Source: Candidatus Shapirobacteria bacterium (GTDB lineage Bacteria; Patescibacteriota; Microgenomatia; UBA12405). Taken from it: DNA of 64,000 nt. Shown one piece after another: positions 20,407-29,516 of the stretch (positions are counted from its first letter, which is position 1; each line of letters begins with the position of its first letter). Under the pieces are notes generated by a model. It was not told the DNA's origin. It made no database searches and saw only the letters and a list, made by a program, of their open reading frames with translations. Where the stretch lies: contig JBAZYN010000001.1 in NCBI GenBank assembly GCA_041659325.1, positions 494,819 through 558,818 of the forward strand, written 5' to 3'. The position numbers were made by a program, and so were the translations under genes.

Positions 20407-21143
20407 TGACTATTCTTCTCCTGCTTTTCTTTCTCTTTCGTCCTCTAAATATTTTCGCTGCCACCCCAACTCCCACCTCAGTTGCCAACGACCCTACCCC
20501 GGCGGCAGATCCGACCAAAACATCCGGACTTGACGAAATAAAAAAAATCCGCGAGGCAGTCCAACAAAAAGTTCAGGAAAAACTAGCCGAGATATCAAAT
20601 CCCGAAGTCAACCAAAAAAGAGGTATCATCGGAAAAATCACCAAAATTGATGGACTTGAAATTACCCTTGAAGACAATCTCCTTACCAGTCGAAAACTAT
20701 CCCTTACTAACGACACGGTGGTCATTGGTATCAACAAAAATAAATCAAATCTAGAAAGTCTTAAAGTAGGCGTTGAAATCCTGGCCATGGGATATACCAC
20801 TGAAGACGGTTCCCTCGATACCAAAAGAATTGTCATAGTTGACCTCAAAACAATAGCTGATCCCCTAAACGTCACCGTCGGCAAAATTGTCGATATTTCC
20901 CGAGCCTCTCCGGTCTTTGTCCTCATCCCCTCTTCCGACAAAAACACCCAATATCAAATCAAAACCGATGCAAAAACAGAAATTACTCAGCTCCAAAAAA
21001 ACAAAATATCTTTTTCGGATCTCAAAAACGGCCAAAGAACTATTTTGGTTTTTAAGCCAGAAAGTAAAACCAGCAAATCCTTCTATGCCACCAAAATTAT
21101 AAACCTCGACTATCAGACCCCTACCCCCACCCCCAAAAGCTAA
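20406..21143 (+). CDS. hypothetical secreted protein
   Basis: Signal peptide MTILLLLFFLFRPLNIFAATP, Thr/Pro linker. Tandem with the upstream gene (start overlaps its stop). Confidence 0.6.
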   Translation: MTILLLLFFLFRPLNIFAATPTPTSVANDPTPAADPTKTSGLDEIKKIREAVQQKVQEKLAEISNPEVNQKRGIIGKITKIDGLEITLEDNLLTSRKLSLTNDTVVIGINKNKSNLESLKVGVEILAMGYTTEDGSLDTKRIVIVDLKTIADPLNVTVGKIVDISRASPVFVLIPSSDKNTQYQIKTDAKTEITQLQKNKISFSDLKNGQRTILVFKPESKTSKSFYATKIINLDYQTPTPTPKS

Positions 21144-21850
21144 AAACCGGAAATTCCGAATTTCTGATACAACTTTAGTGTTTCTCCACTTTTTAAAAAC
21201 GATTCCCTATTCTCAATAAATTCCTCTCTGCCCCTTACGGGTTCGATACATACATAATTCTTGTCCCCCTCACTTACCCACAACTTTGAATATTGAAATC
21301 CTCCTATTTCCCAGTCCATCATTCCCCGTCCCGGAACAAAAATCTCGTTTTGGGGCTTTAGGGCAATATAGCCACTTTTCTTAACTTTTTCATTCATGTT
21401 TTCTCCGTTAATTTTCAGGTCTTTCCAGCCCTGGGGCATTTCAAAATAGTTGTGTATCCCCACATTTACAGGTGATTTTGCCCCAAGATTTTTAACTTCT
21501 ATCTCATGCAATAAATTATTGCCCTCAAGGCGATATTTTTGCTGCACTTCAATATGTCCCGGATACGCGCCCACGTTTTGAAATTCAAAAGATATCTGAA
21601 AACAATTTTTATTCCCTTTCGCTACTCTCCACAATCCATTTCTTACCGGCCCATGAGCCGGCAGTTGAAATTTACCTACCCCCTCATTGGCAAAATTCGG
21701 TACACACAAATGGGTATTGGCAATTTTTCCGTCATTCCGATGATATGTCCCCAATACTACCTTATCCCCGTATCTCAATTCTTTAATCCTGCCCCCCATC
21801 AAATCAATCTCTAATTTCCAATCACCAAAACCTATATTAATCTCCGTCAC
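21140..21850 (-). CDS. aldose 1-epimerase family protein (galactose mutarotase-like fold)
   Basis: PAHGPVRNGLW, NVGIHNYFEMP and VCIEPVRG match the conserved His/Glu boxes of aldose-1-epimerase or D-hexose-6-phosphate mutarotase. Confidence 0.7.
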   Translation of the reverse strand: MTEINIGFGDWKLEIDLMGGRIKELRYGDKVVLGTYHRNDGKIANTHLCVPNFANEGVGKFQLPAHGPVRNGLWRVAKGNKNCFQISFEFQNVGAYPGHIEVQQKYRLEGNNLLHEIEVKNLGAKSPVNVGIHNYFEMPQGWKDLKINGENMNEKVKKSGYIALKPQNEIFVPGRGMMDWEIGGFQYSKLWVSEGDKNYVCIEPVRGREEFIENRESFLKSGETLKLYQKFGISGF

Positions 21851-22138
21851 AAACTAAGTATACCAAAACAAAACCACAAAGAATTTACCCCTCTATATAC
21901 CGGATTTCATTCGATACGTATAATATATTTATTCTTTAATTTCGGTTATTTATTCCCCGAATAAGCCACCCTTAAAACATATCCGAATAATTCAAACATG
22001 TACATATATTTAATAGTCTGTTATCATCCTCACATGTTAGTTAATTCTCTCGTCCTCCTTATTTTGGTCGTCCTCCTTATTACGAAGGGGGCACTTTCGG
22101 AGGCAAGAGGAAGCTAATTTTTTCTCAAATTAATTCTC

Positions 22139-22167
22139 AAAAACCCCTCCGAAACGGAGGGGTTTTT
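22139..22167. terminator. bidirectional rho-independent terminator (A5-CCCCTCC-GAAAC-GGAGGGG-T5)
   Basis: Perfect 7-bp GC stem flanked by an A-run and a T-run. No protein gene ends here on either strand. Confidence 0.5.
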
Positions 22168-22431
22168 AGTGGAATATTATTTATTAATAAAATATGGAAA
22201 GAATATCTAGGGATCGCATAGAAGTTGACCCCTGTGGATTCCGGGTTGAAGAATTAGATACCGTCGGGGTGATCCCTCCCCGATATTACATAGATGGTTG
22301 GGATAAATTACCGGGAGGAGCAACCGTTTATTGGTCCCATACGGACAGACGTATTCCACCGCGCGAAGTTATACTTCGACCCTCCCAAGGTGTCATAAAG
22401 CCAACCAAAAACAGCAAAACCTAACATTTTT

Positions 22432-22440
22432 TGCTATAAT
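22432..22440 (+). promoter_or_regulatory. extended -10 promoter element (TGcTATAAT), 8 nt upstream of the rpmE ATG
   Basis: TGnTATAAT seen directly in the sequence; implies a very short or leaderless rpmE transcript. Confidence 0.35.
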
Positions 22441-22448
22441 CTATTCCT

Positions 22449-22709
22449 ATGAAACAAGGAATTCATCCAAAATATTTTGCTGATTGCCAGGTAAGCTGTG
22501 CCTGCGGCAATAAATTTACCACCGGCTCAACCCTGGAAAAAATCGAGGTAGACGTTTGTTCCAAATGTCATCCTTTTTTCACCGGCCAACAAAAGTTTGT
22601 CGACGTCAAGGGTAGAATTGACAAATTCAACCAAAAAGTCCAACAGGGCAAGGCTTATGCTGTCAAAAAAGCCGCAACCCCCAAGAAAAAAACTGCTAAA
22701 ACCAATTAG
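22449..22709 (+). CDS. rpmE: 50S ribosomal protein L31 with Lys-rich C-terminal tail
   Basis: CxxC ... [13 protein letters not shown] zinc-ribbon L31 signature. Confidence 0.9.
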   Translation: MKQGIHPKYFADCQVSCACGNKFTTGSTLEKIEVDVCSKCHPFFTGQQKFVDVKGRIDKFNQKVQQGKAYAVKKAATPKKKTAKTN

Positions 22710-22727
22710 CTTGTTTTTTTCTTAAAT

Positions 22728-23453
22728 ATGCCAACTATAAACCCAAACATTGCCATTTTGGAGTTTCACACCGGACCGGGTGGGCAGGAAGCCACTATTT
22801 GGTCTCAGGACTTAATGAACATGTATAGCCGTTATGCCAATCGTATCGGCTGGAAAGTCTCCCAAATTGACGACAATATCATAAAAATTTCCGGCTTTGA
22901 TGCCTTCAGTCAGCTAAAGCACGAAACCGGTACCCACCGGGGCCAAAAAATCCCCATAACCGAAAAGCGCGGTCGTATCCAAACATCAACCGCCTCAGTC
23001 GTTGTCCTGCCCCAAATCGATTCCGCTGATATAGTAATTAATCCCGATGATGTTGAGATCACCGCCTGTCGGGCCGGCGGACATGGCGGCCAAAATGTCA
23101 ACAAAGTCAGTACCGCCGTCAGGTTAGTCCACAAACCCACCGGTCTAGCTTTTTCCGTCCGTCAGGAACGATATCAGCAGCAAAACCGGGAAATCGCCAT
23201 GAATCTCTTAAAATCAAAACTTTGGCAAATCGAAGAAGACAAAAAAATGTCTCATATCAGCGGCTCTCGGGCTATTGCCACCCAATCCCATCGGGCAGAC
23301 AAAATCAGAACCTACAATTATTCCCGAAACCAGATCAAAGATCATCGTATCAACGTTTCCTTCAACAACCTCGATCGTATGATGCAAGGCGAGCTCGAAG
23401 ACTTGATTCTCGAACTTTCAGTTCTCGATACTCACAAAGAAAACAATAACTAA
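22728..23453 (+). CDS. class I peptide chain release factor, RF1-type (PxT = PIT, GGQ), lacking N-terminal domain 1
   Basis: The protein starts exactly where RF1 domain 2 begins ([13 protein letters not shown]...MYSRYA). [19 protein letters not shown] carries a PxT tripeptide. [23 protein letters not shown] is the GGQ motif. Only 241 aa. Confidence 0.8.
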   Translation: MPTINPNIAILEFHTGPGGQEATIWSQDLMNMYSRYANRIGWKVSQIDDNIIKISGFDAFSQLKHETGTHRGQKIPITEKRGRIQTSTASVVVLPQIDSADIVINPDDVEITACRAGGHGGQNVNKVSTAVRLVHKPTGLAFSVRQERYQQQNREIAMNLLKSKLWQIEEDKKMSHISGSRAIATQSHRADKIRTYNYSRNQIKDHRINVSFNNLDRMMQGELEDLILELSVLDTHKENNN

Positions 23454-23458
23454 CTAGT

Positions 23459-25024
23459 CTACGCCATCGCTTGATATCCTCCCAACTGAAGCCCCTTTTT
23501 ACTATAGCGTTGATATAAACCTTTCAGAATTGTACCCACATAATTATCAGGAAACTCCCTTAACTGACCGGCATATTCTAGTATTAGTCTACAAAAGTTA
23601 TCATATGCTCCAACTCTCGCTTCCTCGTATTGCAAAAAATCAACTGTTCCCGATAGACACAATTGTCTGGCCTCTTCACCCCTCCGCAAAACTTCAATTA
23701 TCTTAGCAAAACCAATTTTCCCACAAAAATCCTCCCACCCCGGCAAAACATTTTCCACAAAACCAGTTCCAACCACTCCCGGCAATAAACTTAATTGCCA
23801 TCCCGCCTTTTCTCCCAACATAAAAACATTTAATGGATTTATATTTAAAGCCATCCAATACGCATTCCAAGCATTATGAAACCGATCCACATCCTCTGAA
23901 GCAGACAAACTTTTTCCCAGTGGTTTCCATACCTTATCATTTAACCACCACGCAGACTCGCCTAAACTATTTAATAATTGGTCAGTAGTCTCTATTCTGA
24001 CTTCTGATAATTGTTGTCCTCTATCTCCGACTACCAGGGGCATTATCTGAAAAGGCCAAACTGCCCTAAATTCATGCAATGCTGTCCGAAAACCAGCCAC
24101 TGGAACAAATTGGTTGAAAGCAATCTCCGGCCAAAGGTATTCATTTCCGACAAAGTTAATTATCCCCTTATTTGCCACTGCGACCTCTTTTCTCCCGGGA
24201 TAAAAATTCATTTGTACCCCTAACAATTGCCCATCAGCGCCCGGCACTATTAAACACGGTTGGCAAACCGTTCCTCTGGCCATTAAAAATGGTGCCAGTC
24301 CCAAATTACTATCTGATGGTCCATCAATCCCAAATGGGCTCATCACATGAAGCAAAGGATGACCAAAATATAGCTTCCTTACTGTCTCCACTTCATTTTC
24401 TCCATTACCATCAACTTCCATCCCCAACCTCCTTCGACTCATTTGCCATTGAATTCTGTCTCCAGTATCACTCCTCACTTTTACCATTTCCGCCCATAAG
24501 TTCTTACCCGCCACATCACCAAATACCTCTTCCGCCTCGCCGGTCTGCCCTATTGCCAATAGGTCCACATCAGCATTATTTAAACATGGACGCTCTCCCG
24601 CCATTTCCATCCTCGCTAACTCCGTTGGTGAAAACCTCCATCTGGGAGTTATTCCCCGAACAAAAGCCGGATCTTTCGCTCTTGAAAGATCCAAAGCTGC
24701 CCCCTCCACCGCCATTAATATAAGTTCTGGTTTTCTCACCAAGACTTCACGGATCAACTCCCCGACCTCTGTCATCGCCACCCTTCCATCTTCTTCGTAA
24801 CCATATATACCCCGTATCCTATCGAATTCTATCAACCTTAGACCCACTCCTCCATACTCCTCAAGAGTCGATCCTCCTTTTAGTATTTGCCCTTGTCTGG
24901 CCATTTTTGCCACTCTATTACAAAGATCTATCGATCCTTCTCTCTCCAATAAAACACTCCAACCTTCATGCCCGGCTTGGTCCAAACCCTTTTTGTAAAT
25001 ACCCATCATCTCCTGTTTGTCCAC
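23459..25024 (-). CDS. hypothetical protein, 521 aa, function unknown
   Basis: Long ORF with somewhat higher GC. No motif recognised. Distal gene of a 2-gene operon with the upstream wHTH protein (2-nt gap). Confidence 0.6.
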   Translation of the reverse strand: MDKQEMMGIYKKGLDQAGHEGWSVLLEREGSIDLCNRVAKMARQGQILKGGSTLEEYGGVGLRLIEFDRIRGIYGYEEDGRVAMTEVGELIREVLVRKPELILMAVEGAALDLSRAKDPAFVRGITPRWRFSPTELARMEMAGERPCLNNADVDLLAIGQTGEAEEVFGDVAGKNLWAEMVKVRSDTGDRIQWQMSRRRLGMEVDGNGENEVETVRKLYFGHPLLHVMSPFGIDGPSDSNLGLAPFLMARGTVCQPCLIVPGADGQLLGVQMNFYPGRKEVAVANKGIINFVGNEYLWPEIAFNQFVPVAGFRTALHEFRAVWPFQIMPLVVGDRGQQLSEVRIETTDQLLNSLGESAWWLNDKVWKPLGKSLSASEDVDRFHNAWNAYWMALNINPLNVFMLGEKAGWQLSLLPGVVGTGFVENVLPGWEDFCGKIGFAKIIEVLRRGEEARQLCLSGTVDFLQYEEARVGAYDNFCRLILEYAGQLREFPDNYVGTILKGLYQRYSKKGLQLGGYQAMA

Positions 25025-25025
25025 C

Positions 25026-26174
25026 TTAGTTTATCAACCGATATCCCCTACCTCTAACAGTCTGTATTCTGTTCCCGATACTTTCCTCAGCCATCTTTTT
25101 CCGTAAACTTCCCACCATTTTATCTATTGCCCAGTCAGAATACTTAACATCCGCCCTTTTCCCCCAAAGCACCCGAGCCACTTCCTCTCTACTAATCACC
25201 CGGCCTCTGCTCTCCAGAAAGCCCCTCAACAACTGATATTCATTCAAGCTAAATATGTCAGAAACTACCACTCCTCCCGCCACTATTTCTCCCCTTTTTT
25301 CATCAAATTCCAACCTCATTTTATCTATTAATTTTTTATTTTTTATATATTCTTCAAACATCCTCAAAAATAACTTTCCCTTTTTTACCAACCCGTTCTG
25401 TCTCACAAAATCCGAAAAATATTTGTCCTCTACTTTTCCCCCCGCTGCCAGTAACCCCATCAACCGTTTATCTTTTCCCCCAACTGATTCCAGTATGTCA
25501 TTAAATACTTTTTTCACCTCCCAACAGGATTTCAAAGATAAACCTCTCAAAAAAACCTTTATCAAATATGGATGCCCTCCGGTAATTTTCCAGATTGCTT
25601 CTCCTTTTTCTTTTTTTATTTTATAACCATATCTTCTTACAAAATCAGCTATAACCCCATTTGATTCCTCTTTTGAATATAGCGGATAATATATTTTGTT
25701 CTGGCCAACCAGTTCTGCCACCTTTCCTAATTTAGTCAAGCTCTCCCCGTCAAAAATATCCCGATTGACTCCAAAAATATAATGTATCAAAACTTTATTC
25801 TTTCGCCACAAATAAACCATATTATTCCACACCGATAGCGGGTAATGTAAACTCTCAAAATCGACTAATATTATTATTATTTGAATCCCTCCACTTAGAA
25901 GTCTTTTTATTTCCGCCTCAATTTTATTAAATATGCTTCCCAAATCATCTCCGGCTCCAACAATCCCCAATTCTTCCGCCATCAATCGATAAAAATCAAC
26001 TGAATCCTCCGATATCAGCCTTTCTTTCTCAATTCTAATTACTTTATATTTCCCCGGTTCTCCAAAATCCAATCGAGACATTACCCAATTCCTACCAGCA
26101 TTTGGGACAAAAATTAAGGTTGCATTTTCCCCCCTGTTTATCACAGACAGCACCTTACTGTTTATATCTCTCAT
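25026..26174 (-). CDS. protein with C-terminal OmpR/PhoB-type winged-helix DNA-binding domain and an unrecognised 300-aa N-terminal domain
   Basis: C-terminal LNEYQLLRGFLESRGRVISREEVARVLWGK ... IQTVRGRGYRL matches the trans_reg_C pattern. No REC and no P-loop in the N-terminal part. Confidence 0.65.
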   Translation of the reverse strand: MRDINSKVLSVINRGENATLIFVPNAGRNWVMSRLDFGEPGKYKVIRIEKERLISEDSVDFYRLMAEELGIVGAGDDLGSIFNKIEAEIKRLLSGGIQIIIILVDFESLHYPLSVWNNMVYLWRKNKVLIHYIFGVNRDIFDGESLTKLGKVAELVGQNKIYYPLYSKEESNGVIADFVRRYGYKIKKEKGEAIWKITGGHPYLIKVFLRGLSLKSCWEVKKVFNDILESVGGKDKRLMGLLAAGGKVEDKYFSDFVRQNGLVKKGKLFLRMFEEYIKNKKLIDKMRLEFDEKRGEIVAGGVVVSDIFSLNEYQLLRGFLESRGRVISREEVARVLWGKRADVKYSDWAIDKMVGSLRKKMAEESIGNRIQTVRGRGYRLIN

Positions 26175-26304
26175 CCGTCAGGATTATATCAAACTATCGC
26201 TATTCCTCCCACTTTCTCCAACTTTTCCGGCTTCCGCTCAGATAAAAATCAAGCTTCTCTCCTCCAACCCAAATAAACTCCCCTTATTACAAATCAAAAT
26301 CATT

Positions 26305-26703
26305 ATGTCTCTTAAAGAAACAAAAAAACAAGTTGCCCTCTTTGATGACAGTCCAGACATCCAAGCTAGCCTTGGCATGTTATTAGATATGAATGACTAC
26401 GGAGTACATCCGGCCACTTCAATGTCAGAAGCTTTAGAGCTTATCCCCCAATTACCTAAACTAAAAGTTAGATTTGCCATCGTTGATGGAAATTTGTCCC
26501 CTGGAGGTTGGGGAGACAACCGAGACGGAGCCGAAATTGTGAGTAAAATACAGCAAAACCCCTATCAGACAATAACCATCGGGTATGCCTCTCGGGGAGA
26601 TGTCCCGGGTGCCGACTACCAATCACCCAAAAACAAAGGACCCATAAACTTATTAAATACAATGAGATTGGCTATTCTCCCCTCTTCTAGAGCCCCACGC
26701 TAA
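26305..26703 (+). CDS. stand-alone CheY-like receiver (REC) domain protein
   Basis: VALFDDSPDIQASL ... LKVRFAIVDGNL resembles the REC beta1 acidic pair and the phospho-acceptor strand. Divergent from the wHTH gene. Confidence 0.55.
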   Translation: MSLKETKKQVALFDDSPDIQASLGMLLDMNDYGVHPATSMSEALELIPQLPKLKVRFAIVDGNLSPGGWGDNRDGAEIVSKIQQNPYQTITIGYASRGDVPGADYQSPKNKGPINLLNTMRLAILPSSRAPR

Positions 26704-26723
26704 TCACTAGCCCCCATTTTCTC

Positions 26724-26752
26724 TTGACAAAACCGGCACCCCGTGATATATA
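26724..26752 (+). promoter_or_regulatory. near-consensus sigma70 promoter (TTGACA - 17 nt - TATATA)
   Basis: Hexamers seen directly. No plus-strand protein gene downstream for more than 15 kb. Confidence 0.5.
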
Positions 26753-26759
26753 TACCCCA

Positions 26760-27100
26760 TGGTTACGCCTGAAAAGCACTTTCAAGAATGCGCTGTCCCG
26801 GGCCGTCTGACTTGCGACCAGCCCGGTCGCTTACGGGGTCGATGCTCTATTTGCACCCCCGCAAAAAATTTGGTTCTACACCATGCTACATCCTTTGCCC
26901 AAGCCAACATCCGCTCAATCTCAAAAATCAGCTCCTCCTACGGGATAATATTAGTACGACAGAACCCTTGCACAGTGGAATCCCAAATCACAATAAATAC
27001 AGAACCAACGCCGATAACCATACCGGTCGTTCGTATCGCCTCTGGCCAATTCGAGGTTGCACTTCCAGAATCTTGGATGGATATAATTCCCACCTCAAAA
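26760..27100 (+). ncRNA. candidate structured non-coding RNA of unknown class downstream of the strong promoter
   Basis: GC-rich relative to surroundings. Multiple perfect hairpins (GCGACC-AGCCC-GGTCGC; CGGGG...CCCCG). The only ORFs are short and overlapping. Identity not established. Confidence 0.25.
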
Positions 27101-27104
27101 AATT

Positions 27105-28277
27105 CTACCCCGTCCTCTTCTCCAGCTTCACTTTAAGGTTCATCTCTTTATCATCCCGCCAAATTTTCAGGTCAACACTATCCCCTATTTTCTTTTTATT
27201 AATAATTGAAACCAAAGAGTCAGCTTTATCATCATTCATCTTCACCCCGTCAATTTCCATAATTATATCTCCCCCTTTAACTCCATATTTCTCAGCCGGG
27301 CTGCCGGCAATAATTTCCTGGACATAAACTCCGGCCGGAACACCGTTTTGCAAGGCCAAATTTTTTGAAATTACTCTATACGACACCCCCAAATACGGTC
27401 GCTCAAATTCACCCGTAGCTTTAAAATTATCAATTGAAGCCTTGACCAGGTTAATAGGTAGGGCAAAGCCAATACTCTGCCCTCCCTGTGACACCGCTAC
27501 GTTAACCCCGATCACCTGGCCTGAGGAGTTAAAAAGCGGCCCGCCGGAATTCCCGGGGTTTATTGCCGCATCAGTCTGAATTACTCCGTCCAGTTTTTCC
27601 GTCCCAATTAAACTGCCTCCGGCCACAATTCCCCTTCCCAATCCGGAAATTACCCCCTTGGTTACCGTCGACCGAAATTCGCCCAGTGCTGTCCCAATAG
27701 CAATCACCGTCTGCCCCACCTTCAGTCTGTCGGAATCCCCCAACTTCACCGGCGTTAATCCGCTCCTGTCAATTTTCAAAATTGCCAAATCATTAACCGG
27801 ATCCCTATATATCTCTTTTACCTCTATCACGTCGTCTTTCCCAACTACCACCTTATATTTCGCCTCCGTATCAGACACTACATGCTTATTGGTCACAATC
27901 AGTCCGTCAGGGGTAATAATAAATCCGCTGCCAATATCCTGTTCAATTTTTTCTTCTCTGTTTACCTCCTGCCGGGGAACCCCAAAGCCAAACATTCCTC
28001 CCCAAAAACCATTATCGGAAAAAGGGTCGCTAATCACCGTAGTCTTACTAATTGATACTGTCACTACACTTGGTGTCGCCTCCTCCACCACCTTCGTTAC
28101 CACCGACTCCTCGTCAATCACCTGCAACTTGGTAATCTCCGAAACTTTTTCTACCGTCCTGTCCAAAAACTTGGATTTTACCGTTCTTCCCAACACTACT
28201 CCGATAAACAGTAATAGTGAAATTACCAAAACTACCGCCACCGATATGCCCGCAATTTTTAGCGATTTTCCCCTCAT
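27105..28277 (-). CDS. htrA: HtrA/DegP-family serine protease with PDZ domain
   Basis: Catalytic triad context HVV ... DLAIL ... GNSGGPLFNSSGQVIGVN; C-terminal PDZ; N-terminal TM anchor. Confidence 0.9.
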   Translation of the reverse strand: MRGKSLKIAGISVAVVLVISLLLFIGVVLGRTVKSKFLDRTVEKVSEITKLQVIDEESVVTKVVEEATPSVVTVSISKTTVISDPFSDNGFWGGMFGFGVPRQEVNREEKIEQDIGSGFIITPDGLIVTNKHVVSDTEAKYKVVVGKDDVIEVKEIYRDPVNDLAILKIDRSGLTPVKLGDSDRLKVGQTVIAIGTALGEFRSTVTKGVISGLGRGIVAGGSLIGTEKLDGVIQTDAAINPGNSGGPLFNSSGQVIGVNVAVSQGGQSIGFALPINLVKASIDNFKATGEFERPYLGVSYRVISKNLALQNGVPAGVYVQEIIAGSPAEKYGVKGGDIIMEIDGVKMNDDKADSLVSIINKKKIGDSVDLKIWRDDKEMNLKVKLEKRTG

Positions 28278-28300
28278 GATTTTCTATTGTAAATCTTCAC

Positions 28301-29512
28301 TTATTTTTTTGTCAATACTTCAATCGCCTTTTTAAGTTGCATGTCCTCTTCATCCACGGACGAATATTTTACCTCAACATCAGGCATAATTCCGTCTTTG
28401 TGAATATTTTTCCCACTCGGCAGCAACCATTTGGCTACCGTTACATGAAGCCCCGAGCCGTCACTAAAATCTTCCGGCTGCTGGACTGTGCCCTTTCCAA
28501 AGGTTTTTTCTCCCACCAGTGTTCCCCGGCCATAATCCCTCAGCGCCCCCGCCAAAATTTCAGATGCTGAGGCTGATCCCCCATTCACCAAAACCACCAA
28601 GTTATCCGAAAGCAGTTTCCTTCTCGATCTGTCAACCTCATACGATTCCACTTTCCCATCCGACGATTCCTGTTTCACAATCACTCCGCTCTCAACAAAA
28701 TCAGATGCCACCAACACACTCGCCTGTAAATACCCGCCCGGGTTATTTCTCAAATCGAGCACTATTCCCGCCACGCTGCCTTTGGCCTTTTCCTCATTTA
28801 TTTTATTCACCAGACCGGGCCAATCCGTATACAACTGTTCAGTAAATTTGTACAGTTTTATCCACGCCACTTTCTTGTTACCTTCCTGCCTCCATTCAAG
28901 TTCCAAACTGGCAACCACAATGTTGTCTCTTTTTAAAACCACGTCAAAAGTTTCCTTTTCTCCCTCTCTGAATAGTTTCAATGTCACCTCCGTTCCGATT
29001 TTCCCCCGGATTAGATTCACCGCTTCATCCAAAGCCATCCCGGCCGTATCTTTGTCAATATTTTTTTCCTTATCAGTAATTTTCAAAATCAAATCCCCCG
29101 CCCTAACTCCGGCTTTTTCCGCCGGTGTCTTTGGCAAAGGCGACATCACCGATATCGTTTTATCCTTATACCCAAGCTGTATTCCCACTCCGCCAAATTC
29201 ACCCGCCAGATCTTCATTGGCACTTTTATTTTCTGATGGCGGTAGATAAACCGTATACGGATCATCCAAAGACGACACCATCCCCGAAATCGCCCCGTAA
29301 ACCATATTTTTATCATCGATTTTTTCTTTATCAAGATACAGCTGTTGCAACCGGTCCTTCACCCTCCACATCATCGTCAAATCCAAGGGTTCCCTTCCGC
29401 TGCTACCCGGAGCATCTTCCACACTTTTTCTGCCGGCATAAAAGCTTATCAGAGAAAACACCGAAATAACCGCCAATATTAAGGTAATATTCCTCAGGGT
29501 CTTAATCCTCAT
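28301..29512 (-). CDS. ctpA: carboxyl-terminal processing (S41, tail-specific) protease
   Basis: PDZ domain, then VLVNGGSASASEILAGALRD and the catalytic Ser/Lys region of the S41 family; N-terminal TM. Confidence 0.85.
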   Translation of the reverse strand: MRIKTLRNITLILAVISVFSLISFYAGRKSVEDAPGSSGREPLDLTMMWRVKDRLQQLYLDKEKIDDKNMVYGAISGMVSSLDDPYTVYLPPSENKSANEDLAGEFGGVGIQLGYKDKTISVMSPLPKTPAEKAGVRAGDLILKITDKEKNIDKDTAGMALDEAVNLIRGKIGTEVTLKLFREGEKETFDVVLKRDNIVVASLELEWRQEGNKKVAWIKLYKFTEQLYTDWPGLVNKINEEKAKGSVAGIVLDLRNNPGGYLQASVLVASDFVESGVIVKQESSDGKVESYEVDRSRRKLLSDNLVVLVNGGSASASEILAGALRDYGRGTLVGEKTFGKGTVQQPEDFSDGSGLHVTVAKWLLPSGKNIHKDGIMPDVEVKYSSVDEEDMQLKKAIEVLTKK

Positions 29513-29516
29513 TCTT

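Noticed and set aside
22194-22424. 76-aa ORF (MERISRDRIEVDPCGFRVEELD...) upstream of rpmE
   Set aside because: Weak start context and no motif. It sits in a hairpin-rich segment after the orphan terminator, so I kept it only as part of the candidate-sRNA observation.
26759-27327. ORFs 26759-27136 and 26788-27327 (125 and 179 aa, plus strand) downstream of the strong promoter
   Set aside because: They overlap each other and the htrA 3' end, have no start context or motifs, and sit in a hairpin-rich GC-enriched stretch. I treated the region as a candidate ncRNA instead.
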